Shown here: piece after piece, positions 27,627 to 34,905 of the stretch
Layout: the number at the start of each line of letters is the position of its first letter
How positions within the stretch are numbered: position 1 is the stretch's first letter
Virus record (IMG/VR): IMGVR_UViG_3300032132_000001
Coordinates: 170,573-234,572 of that record
DNA: 64,000 nucleotides
Origin: a virus
Reading direction: 5' to 3' (one strand)
Notes under the pieces: model-generated
The model's input: the letters and a program-made list of their open reading frames with translations, nothing else
Database searches by the model: none
What the model was told of the DNA's origin: nothing
Program-made: the position numbers and the translations under genes

Positions 27627-28013
27627 ATGGCCTCACAACCAGCGAACACTGATATCAGAGTTCACCGCAGGGTTAGGAGCTATCGCCAGGATCTGCGCCA
27701 TACTTCTGTTCTACAGTTGACTGGCGACATCAGCACGCTGATCATGTCAGTTCCTAGCGAAGAAGTCCTAGTCACAGAGACTCGCGATGGGAGCACCGCA
27801 GGGTTGCTCGTCACCACGGCTCTCGACGCGGATCGTGCCGGTCTGCCGGTCGTGCGCGAACTGCGCCCGGTCACTACCTTCGAAGAAGCAGCCGAAGGTA
27901 TCAGCGGACTCAATTTCCCAATCCGTATGCCAGGTATCCGGGACGTGTTCCTGGAGAAGGCAGACGCGTTTGTGGAAGACGATCTGCACCAGGATCTGCG
28001 GGACGTCAAGTAA
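27627..28013 (+). CDS. hypothetical protein (128 aa)
   Basis: ORF track; AAGGGAG RBS 7 nt upstream. Preferred over the fully antisense ORF 27680..28009. Confidence 0.5.
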   Translation: MASQPANTDIRVHRRVRSYRQDLRHTSVLQLTGDISTLIMSVPSEEVLVTETRDGSTAGLLVTTALDADRAGLPVVRELRPVTTFEEAAEGISGLNFPIRMPGIRDVFLEKADAFVEDDLHQDLRDVK

Positions 28014-28051
28014 GCCAGCCTTCAACAGACTGGTTCCACTTACACCTAAGA

Positions 28052-28090
28052 AAAGCCACGCTCGCCTACGGCGGGGGTGGCTTTCTGCAT
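28052..28090 (+). terminator. rho-independent terminator candidate (GCCACGCTCGCC ... GGCGGGGGTGGC then TTTCT)
   Basis: Read directly; follows CDS 27627..28013 and precedes tRNA-Met. Confidence 0.45.
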
Positions 28091-28100
28091 ATATATCTGT

Positions 28101-28177
28101 AGCGGGGTGGAGCAGTCTGGTAGCTCAGCAGCCTCATAAGCTGAAGGTCGTGGGTTCAAATCCCACCCCCGCTACCA
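28101..28177 (+). tRNA. tRNA-Met (CAT), elongator-type (A1-U72 paired), CCA encoded
   Basis: AGCGGGGTGGAGCAGTCTGGTAGCTCAGCAGCCTCATAAGCTGAAGGTCGTGGGTTCAAATCCCACCCCCGCTACCA; cloverleaf with anticodon loop CTCATAA. Confidence 0.85.
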
Positions 28178-28190
28178 TCAAAAATAACCC

Positions 28191-28628
28191 ATGAAAAAAC
28201 GAAACTGGGACATTCAGTCGATTGCCGATCTTATCACTGAAGATCCATGTGTCCTAAATGAATCGCCGGTCGAGCCAGGGAAAGAGGTAGGGACCGACGT
28301 CGAAGTAGAAAAGCTCCGCCATATGATAGATAATCAGGTTAGTGGATTGAAAGCTCATCTAGGTGGATTTATAAAGCAAGCAGAAAGATTTGTTGGATTT
28401 ACTAGCGATGTATACTCTTCTCGCGTTTCTGGTTATAAATCTGCATACAAGAAAGAAGATGCAGTAAAGAAGTTGCGAGAACTTGGTCGCCTAATAAAAG
28501 CTGTCAGCGATGCTAGACAGTGTATAAAAGACTTCTCATTAGAAATAGCGCAACGGCCACCTAAAAATGTCCAGATCCGAGGGGAAGATGACCCTGAATA
28601 TGAAGGACCAGAAAGACGTGAACCATAG
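28191..28628 (+). CDS. hypothetical protein (145 aa) carrying the N-terminal I..LITEDPCVL tag
   Basis: ORF track; tag at aa 8-21. Confidence 0.5.
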   Translation: MKKRNWDIQSIADLITEDPCVLNESPVEPGKEVGTDVEVEKLRHMIDNQVSGLKAHLGGFIKQAERFVGFTSDVYSSRVSGYKSAYKKEDAVKKLRELGRLIKAVSDARQCIKDFSLEIAQRPPKNVQIRGEDDPEYEGPERREP

Positions 28629-28640
28629 CAAATATAAATT

Positions 28641-29204
28641 ATGACACTTCACACACTTCATCCGTTTCAACCGCACATTGGTGGGCCGAACGAGGAGCTA
28701 CATATCCCGTTCCGGGCGTTCGTAAAGTTCGTACCCGACCTAGCCAATGGCAGAAGGTGGGAGATGATTCGGCACTTTGAAAAGGTGCAGTTCGTCATCG
28801 AAAGCCGTCTAGCTGCCGAAACCTCGTTGGTCGTCGCGGAGCCAGTCGCTTTTACCCATCAGATCGCTCAGTCCCCCGGTAGATTCACTATCGTTGGATT
28901 TTTCATTACGGATGGAGTGAACGAGCCGCCAGTAGATCGCCTCACACAGCCGGCTGAGATTCACAGCGGTACAATTCCTGGTGAGGTCACTGATCTTATC
29001 GAAGAGATCCCGCGAGGCGGTGATCTGGCTAGAGGCCAGGATCCTCTCCCACGCACCGATACCAGAGTGATGATTCTAAAAGATCTTCTCGATATGACGC
29101 TATCAGGTATTAGCGGCTTGGGTGAAGTGTTCTTTATGGACTTCAACGGTGTGGAATATGGCCAGATCCCGAATCGCAAGGGATTCCGCTCTTTCCCAGC
29201 CTGA
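28641..29204 (+). CDS. hypothetical protein (187 aa)
   Basis: ORF track; GCAAATATAAATT abuts the ATG. Confidence 0.5.
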   Translation: MTLHTLHPFQPHIGGPNEELHIPFRAFVKFVPDLANGRRWEMIRHFEKVQFVIESRLAAETSLVVAEPVAFTHQIAQSPGRFTIVGFFITDGVNEPPVDRLTQPAEIHSGTIPGEVTDLIEEIPRGGDLARGQDPLPRTDTRVMILKDLLDMTLSGISGLGEVFFMDFNGVEYGQIPNRKGFRSFPA

Positions 29205-29601
29205 TATTATAGCTCTTCTCATCACTGAAGACCCAGACGTTTTCAGTGAAGTGGATTGGAAGAAGCTCGGTGTTGGGGCAGCTCTAGTTGGCGGCGGTAT
29301 TGCTGCTGGTTTGGGTATAGGTGGAGGAGAAGCCCCTCAAACTAAAGCACCGCAAACGATTGAGCAATCTCAGAATATGTGGTATAGCTTTGTTGTTGAG
29401 AAGCCAGATGGGGACTTAGTTGATATAGACCCAAATGCTAGATTGAGTGTTCCTAGACGATTCGCTCAGGCCACTAGATTGGCCAATAAAACTGGTGGGA
29501 AGATATTAGTGTTTGACCCTGGTAGTGATAAACCAATTCCAGGCCATGTATTCCAAAACAAGATATTACCTAAAATAATGAAGAAACTGGCCACCAAGTA
29601 A
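29158..29601 (+). CDS. Gly/Ala-rich hypothetical protein carrying the N-terminal IIALLITEDPDVF tag
   Basis: Track ORF 29122..29601; I prefer the ATG at 29158 (MARSRIARD...). Overlaps the upstream gene. Confidence 0.45.
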   Translation: MARSRIARDSALSQPDIIALLITEDPDVFSEVDWKKLGVGAALVGGGIAAGLGIGGGEAPQTKAPQTIEQSQNMWYSFVVEKPDGDLVDIDPNARLSVPRRFAQATRLANKTGGKILVFDPGSDKPIPGHVFQNKILPKIMKKLATK

Positions 29602-29620
29602 CCGTCAGTATCTAAACCAC

Positions 29621-30565
29621 ATGCGATACCTGATAACAGGTGGATGTGGTTTCATCGGCTCTAACTTCATCCACATGCTCCTGAAGGAGCAAGAAGACGC
29701 CTTCGTTTTCTGTATTGACAATCTCCGCACTGGGGGAGATGTCAATAACGTGAAAGAAGTCTTTAGTAGTGACAGATTCGAATTTGAGTACTGGGGCATC
29801 TGTGACGGTCTGAGCCATATAATGGAGCAGGCTAGGCCAGACATCATAATAAACTTCGCAGCGGAAACGCACGTCGATCGAAGTATCGTGAATCCCAGAT
29901 TATTCTTAGAAACGAATATTATGGGGACTCACAATCTGCTAAATCACATGCAGAGAAACTATTATGACGGTGAAGTTACCAAATATGTCCAAATTAGCAC
30001 AGACGAAGTATACGGCTCGACTAAGACCGGTTTCTTCTACGAAAATTCTGAGATAAAACCTAGCAGCCCTTATTCAGCGAGTAAGGTTGCAGCAGACTTC
30101 ATAGCTCTATCTTACTATAAAACCTATGGGTCACCAGTGGTGATTACCAGATGTAGCAATAATTATGGGCCGAGACAATATCATGAAAAACTTATCCCAT
30201 TAGCGATCAAGAGAATCCAAAACGGCGAGAAGATTCCAGTGTACGGCACTGGTGAGAACGTGCGCGATTGGATCTATGTAGATGATCACTGCCGAGCTAT
30301 TCTCCAAGCGATAGAGTATGGTAAACTTGGAGAAGTGTACAATATCGGTGCACGCCAAGAGATGTCCAACCTAAAGATCCTTGCTCTACTCTGCGAGATC
30401 ATGGGCGTAGATTTCGAAGAGTCGATCGAGTTTGTAGAAGATCGAGCTGGTCATGACTTCCGCTATGCGATTATGCCGAACAAAGCAGAGACAGAGCTTC
30501 AGTGGAAGGCCCAGATGAACTTCTACGACGGTCTGAAGAGAACTGTAGACTGGTACAGCCAATAA
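29621..30565 (+). CDS. rfbB: dTDP-glucose 4,6-dehydratase (short-chain dehydrogenase/reductase family)
   Basis: 314 aa; ITGGCGFIGSNF Rossmann motif; catalytic YSASK; collinear with RfbB/RmlB. Confidence 0.8.
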   Translation: MRYLITGGCGFIGSNFIHMLLKEQEDAFVFCIDNLRTGGDVNNVKEVFSSDRFEFEYWGICDGLSHIMEQARPDIIINFAAETHVDRSIVNPRLFLETNIMGTHNLLNHMQRNYYDGEVTKYVQISTDEVYGSTKTGFFYENSEIKPSSPYSASKVAADFIALSYYKTYGSPVVITRCSNNYGPRQYHEKLIPLAIKRIQNGEKIPVYGTGENVRDWIYVDDHCRAILQAIEYGKLGEVYNIGARQEMSNLKILALLCEIMGVDFEESIEFVEDRAGHDFRYAIMPNKAETELQWKAQMNFYDGLKRTVDWYSQ

Positions 30566-30616
30566 GACGTATGTAACCGACTGGTACGGTACCGAACACT
30601 TAGGAGAGAAAGGTAG

Positions 30617-32020
30617 ATGTTGGCAACAGATATCCTAACCAACCAAGGTGAGACGACCAAATGGGGCATCGATCCCAGTAATGGTCCACTCAATCTGACC
30701 ACCGCCGACGAGGTGGTCGAGTATGTCGAACAGAACAATATCAGATCTATCAGGATCTGGTTCACCGACATACTCGGTTTCCTGAAGTCCTTCTCGATCA
30801 CACCGCGCGAGCTTTCAAACGCCTTCGAAGAAGGTATGGGCTTCGACGGCTCTTCGATCCAAGGATACACCAGGATCAATGAAAGCGACATGGTGGCGAA
30901 GCCAGACCCAACCACTGCTCAGCTTATCCCGTTTCTTATCGGCGGTAAAGCGTCGATCCGGATGTTCGCAGACATCTACAATCCGGATGGTACTCCATAC
31001 GCAAACGATCCGCGCCAGATTCTGAAGAGGAATCTAAACGATCTGACGCTAATGGGAATCACGACAATGAACGTCGGCCCTGAGGCCGAGTTCTACTACT
31101 TCAAAAAAGCCGGTAGCACCGAGCTACTAGATAACGCCGGCTACTTCGACCTCAACCCGATCGACAATGGTGACAGTCTTCGTGAAATCACCATCACCGC
31201 TCTTGAAGCGATGGGCATCGAAGTCGAATACTCGCATCACGAGGTTGGTCCGAGCCAACACGAGATCGACCTCCGATTCTCTGACGCTCTGACGATGGCT
31301 GATAATCTCATGACCTATAAGTGGGTGGTCAAGGAGATTGCACATCGTGCTGGCGTCCACGCGACGTTTATGCCGAAGCCACTCGCAGATCAGAACGGCA
31401 GCGGGATGCACACGCACCTCTCTCTCGCCGGGCAAGAAGGGCAGAATATGTTCTTCGAAAAGAACGGCCCATCGTGCCTATCGCAGACCGCACAGGCATT
31501 CCTCGCAGGGGTACTGACCCACGCACAAGAGATCTGTCTGGTTACTAACCAGAGCTTCAACAGTTACAAGCGCCTGGTACCAGGCTACGAGGCTCCGGTA
31601 TACGTCGCCTGGTCTGCTCGTAACAGATCTGCCCTGGTGCGCATCCCAACTTACAAGCCCGGAAAAGAACAGGCGACGCGTATCGAACTGCGCTTCCCTG
31701 ACCCAGCATGTAACCCGTACCTAGCTTTCTCAGCAATGTTGCAGGCTGGGATCCACGGGATCCACAGCAAATCGACGCTTCCCGACTCGGTAGATCATGA
31801 CATCTACGAGTTGACTGCGATGGAGCGAGAGCAGCTCAACATCCCAGCTCTACCACATGACCTCTACTCCGCTATCAAGGCAGCAGAGAAGAGCGATCTG
31901 CTGAAGAAAGCGTTGGGCGAGGATACTTTCACCAACTTGATCGAGACTAAGTTGGAGGAAGACCTGAAGTACCGGACCCATGTTACCAACCGTGAAATCA
32001 CAGACTTTACGGTCTTGTAA
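30617..32020 (+). CDS. glnA: glutamine synthetase, type I
   Basis: 467 aa; GFDGSSIQGY; KPLADQNGSGMHTHLSL; RIPTYKPG...RIELRFPD; AGGAGAGA RBS. Confidence 0.8.
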   Translation: MLATDILTNQGETTKWGIDPSNGPLNLTTADEVVEYVEQNNIRSIRIWFTDILGFLKSFSITPRELSNAFEEGMGFDGSSIQGYTRINESDMVAKPDPTTAQLIPFLIGGKASIRMFADIYNPDGTPYANDPRQILKRNLNDLTLMGITTMNVGPEAEFYYFKKAGSTELLDNAGYFDLNPIDNGDSLREITITALEAMGIEVEYSHHEVGPSQHEIDLRFSDALTMADNLMTYKWVVKEIAHRAGVHATFMPKPLADQNGSGMHTHLSLAGQEGQNMFFEKNGPSCLSQTAQAFLAGVLTHAQEICLVTNQSFNSYKRLVPGYEAPVYVAWSARNRSALVRIPTYKPGKEQATRIELRFPDPACNPYLAFSAMLQAGIHGIHSKSTLPDSVDHDIYELTAMEREQLNIPALPHDLYSAIKAAEKSDLLKKALGEDTFTNLIETKLEEDLKYRTHVTNREITDFTVL

Positions 32021-32022
32021 TC

Positions 32023-32250
32023 ATGAGCGATGATCAGGGACTTCCGATCATCGCTACGCGGGCCCAAGCTGAAGCCGATCAGATGTGGGAGGAGCTTAGA
32101 GCATGCTCCTCCCGCATTGTAGATCTGAAAAACAAGCTGAAAGCTGGTCAGCGTACCTTCGATGAAGCGGATGCAAGTATGCTAGACTTTATTGCTTGTG
32201 CAGCTATATTCGAGATTAGAGTGCGTAATATTCATCGTGAAATGTTATAA
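32023..32250 (+). CDS. hypothetical protein (75 aa)
   Basis: ORF track; starts 3 nt after the glnA stop. Confidence 0.4.
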   Translation: MSDDQGLPIIATRAQAEADQMWEELRACSSRIVDLKNKLKAGQRTFDEADASMLDFIACAAIFEIRVRNIHREML

Positions 32251-32251
32251 T

Positions 32252-33061
32252 CTAGATGCTAAGTTCTTCTACGTCACCTTCAGCAGCTCTAGCTTTCTTA
32301 GCGGCTGTCAGCTCCATTAGTCTTTTATATCTCTTCACTAGCAGTTTTCGGAAGTAGCTTCCTTTCCCAAATACTGTAGCTAGATCGTCTACAAACTCAG
32401 ATTTTAAGCCCCATCGGGCATTACCGATGTTGATATGTGGACCTTCGATAGGCGACCTATTGGCACTTCTCCATCTGTCGATCTGATCATTTACCATTTT
32501 TATTGTTTTGATATATGATTTATAGTCTTTTAGTTTCTTGCTGGTCAGATCGATGGTGTACACATCAGTATATGCCACATGCTCTTTCGCTGATGGTTGG
32601 TTTGCTAATACTATTTTTCTAATCTTCGCTATGTGAGATGGGTGCACTCTTTCTAATGTATCCATCTCTGTCCATTTGCCTTTTATGATCTTCCCGCCCC
32701 TTTCCAAAGGCATATAGAAAATAGGGAAGACCATAGCACGTCTACCTTCAGCTTGGCGAGCTTGCATCTGCCGCAGACGTTCCATCTCTTGCTCTTCACG
32801 CCACTTCGATGTTCTGATCCGCTCTAGGGTCCTTTTTAATTCAGCACGACCTGCCCTTCCTGTTTTTAGTAGGGCGTCCCCTCCAGCCATAGCTCGGCGG
32901 GCTTTTGTGGCCAGAGGAGCCTCATCGGTGTCTTCGATCTCATATCCTGCCGTGTCGAATCCAGATTCTTTGAGATGCTTGCGAGTCCTCATAAGAGAAA
33001 CATCAGTAAGGTCTGGATCTTCGTGGATAGCGTCTGCTATTTGATCGATGTCGTCGTTCAT
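32252..33061 (-). CDS. hypothetical protein (269 aa) carrying the N-terminal IADAIHEDPDLT tag
   Basis: ORF track; CAAACATAAACT abuts its ATG on the minus strand. Confidence 0.5.
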   Translation of the reverse strand: MNDDIDQIADAIHEDPDLTDVSLMRTRKHLKESGFDTAGYEIEDTDEAPLATKARRAMAGGDALLKTGRAGRAELKRTLERIRTSKWREEQEMERLRQMQARQAEGRRAMVFPIFYMPLERGGKIIKGKWTEMDTLERVHPSHIAKIRKIVLANQPSAKEHVAYTDVYTIDLTSKKLKDYKSYIKTIKMVNDQIDRWRSANRSPIEGPHINIGNARWGLKSEFVDDLATVFGKGSYFRKLLVKRYKRLMELTAAKKARAAEGDVEELSI

Positions 33062-33090
33062 AGTTTATGTTTGGCCCTCAAATATATATC

Positions 33091-33849
33091 ATGGCAATAC
33101 TAGGCCCAAGCGAACTTCCTCTAGTCCTAAAGATCGACAGTAACCCCTTGAAGGCGTTGGCCATCAAGGAGCTTGGCCACCCTGTGGTCCTTGTCGAACT
33201 CATGGAACCTCAGTTTGAATGCGAACTGAGACGTATCGGGGACTTTATCGCCGAGTACTTCCCTCTTGAAGAAAGGTACGCGTTCTTTATGACGCAGCCG
33301 CTTCAAGCTGAGTATCCGCTACCTGAAGATGCGTATTGGATCCGGAACGTCAACTGGGATCCGGCCACGACTCGCCTCGATGACATATTCGGCGCTGAGT
33401 CGTTCCTCTTCAATATCGGTAACATCTCAGGAATTCAGAACATCCTGACAGATTACCACCTTCTTCAGGCTTATCGAAAGTTCTCACAGCGCATTTTGGG
33501 AACTGAAGGTCAGTGGGAATTCAAACCAAGCTCGGATGGTGGCCCAAGTACGATCAGGCTGTTCCCGGTTCCGCGTGGGTCTTTCCCAGTAATTATCGAA
33601 TATCTTCCGACCATATCGGAATTCAAGAAACCGTCTAACAAAGAACTCACGATTCGTGCGTTTCTAGCTCGGATGAAGATGATTCTTGGTAGGATCCGAG
33701 GGAAGTATCAATCTGGTATTCCAGGCCCAGACGGAAGTATGATCACTTTCGATGGAGATTCCCTAATTCAAGAAGGGAAAGAAGAGTGGGACCAGGTGAT
33801 CGATGATGCTATCAAACTAGGTGAGCCATTAGGCCCATATCTCTGGTAA
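33091..33849 (+). CDS. hypothetical protein (about 252 aa)
   Basis: Track ORF starts at 33067. I prefer the second ATG at 33091 because CAAATATATATC abuts it and the first codons, ATGGCAAT, match gene 39836. Confidence 0.45.
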   Translation: MAILGPSELPLVLKIDSNPLKALAIKELGHPVVLVELMEPQFECELRRIGDFIAEYFPLEERYAFFMTQPLQAEYPLPEDAYWIRNVNWDPATTRLDDIFGAESFLFNIGNISGIQNILTDYHLLQAYRKFSQRILGTEGQWEFKPSSDGGPSTIRLFPVPRGSFPVIIEYLPTISEFKKPSNKELTIRAFLARMKMILGRIRGKYQSGIPGPDGSMITFDGDSLIQEGKEEWDQVIDDAIKLGEPLGPYLW

Positions 33850-33852
33850 CCT

Positions 33853-34026
33853 AGACAGCTTTCTTGATCGGCGCAGGCTCTTCAACCTTCTTCTTTTCTT
33901 TTTCTGCTTGCGCTTCCTGAAGCTTGGCTTTCGCTCTTTCTTCTTTCAACTGTGCAAGCAGTTTCCTGCACTTAGTCTTAGACCGATCGATAATCTGATC
34001 AATCGTCGGCTGCTGTTGAGGCATTG
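33853..34026 (-). CDS. small Lys/Glu-rich ORF (57 aa), below the ORF-track cutoff
   Basis: Own translation MPQQQPTIDQIIDRSKTKCRKLLAQLKEERAKAKLQEAQAEKEKKKVEEPAPIKKAV; overlaps the end of the DUF1003 gene by 28 nt. Confidence 0.25.
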
Positions 34027-34439
34027 TGACCCTCTTTTAGGCTCTCTGAGAGCGAATCCAGTAGTTTCTCGACATGGGCAATTGACCTGTACGCATCGAT
34101 TGCTCGTCTACGATCCTTCTCCGCTGAACGATTGCTTGCCATTAGAATGAGAGGGGATGCGAAAGCTGCTTGGAACGACAGCATTAGATTCAATAGGATA
34201 AACGGGTATGGGTCCCATCCCGCAGCGAGGAGGACTACATTTATAGCCATCCATATTACGAGTAGAACGCCCTGTATAATGATGAATTTCCAGCTACCGA
34301 TTGCGGTAACTACCCAGTCTGCGGCTCTTGCGCTCAGCGGAGCGTTTTGCAAGTCGCCGTATCTCAGAGTCTCCAATTCTTCTAGAATATGGCTCTGAGT
34401 CTCAAACATCTTCTCCAGTTTATGTTCTGAGATTGACAT
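33999..34439 (-). CDS. DUF1003-family membrane protein
   Basis: 146 aa; GSWKFIIIQGVLLVIWMAINVVLLAAGWDPYPFILLNLMLSFQAAFASPLILMASNR matches the DUF1003 core (WDPYPFILLNL...SxQAA...P.I.MSQNR). Confidence 0.55.
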   Translation of the reverse strand: MSISEHKLEKMFETQSHILEELETLRYGDLQNAPLSARAADWVVTAIGSWKFIIIQGVLLVIWMAINVVLLAAGWDPYPFILLNLMLSFQAAFASPLILMASNRSAEKDRRRAIDAYRSIAHVEKLLDSLSESLKEGHNASTAADD

Positions 34440-34440
34440 G

Positions 34441-34464
34441 GTAGTATATATTTGATAATACTAC
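34441..34464. promoter_or_regulatory. GTAGTAT-N10-ATACTAC inverted repeat around an ATATTTGATA core; operator and divergent-promoter candidate
   Basis: Read directly; lies between the divergent starts 34439 (-) and 34504 (+). The minus-strand reading gives CAAATATATACTACC immediately before the DUF1003 ATG. Confidence 0.45.
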
Positions 34465-34503
34465 CAATATGTGGCGATCTGCTCAAGAATTCAAAGATAA
34501 CAC

Positions 34504-34905
34504 ATGGGAAAAGTCACAATACAAAACAGGCTGGAAGTGCTACTGGGAAACAAGCTATTAGTTCCAGGTTGTGAACCAACTAGCGCATTTACCAGCCCAA
34601 CGCTTGCAGAAAACCGTGAATGCAATGCTACGGTAGTCGATCTTGGAGATGCCCTAGAGGCTATTCCAGGATCTACGATTATTTCATGGCAGAACCCACG
34701 GAGATTGTTCTTCGTGCTACCAGAGGGTCCACCTAATCGATTTGGTTGTATCGATACTACATCAGTAGAAGACTATTATGCCATCTTGAGAGGCATTGGT
34801 GAACCAGCGGATATGCTGAAAACAATCGTGGAGGTTGGACAACCATCGCAAACTGTAGATGTAGCTACAATGTGTGATGCATTCCAATTCAAGGGCATCT
34901 TTTAG
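34504..34905 (+). CDS. hypothetical protein (133 aa)
   Basis: ORF track. Confidence 0.45.
   Translation: MGKVTIQNRLEVLLGNKLLVPGCEPTSAFTSPTLAENRECNATVVDLGDALEAIPGSTIISWQNPRRLFFVLPEGPPNRFGCIDTTSVEDYYAILRGIGEPADMLKTIVEVGQPSQTVDVATMCDAFQFKGIF

Noticed and set aside
27680-28194. ORFs 27680..28009 (-) and 27787..28194 (+)
   Set aside because: The first is fully antisense to 27627..28013, which has an RBS. The second runs through the terminator hairpin and the tRNA-Met.
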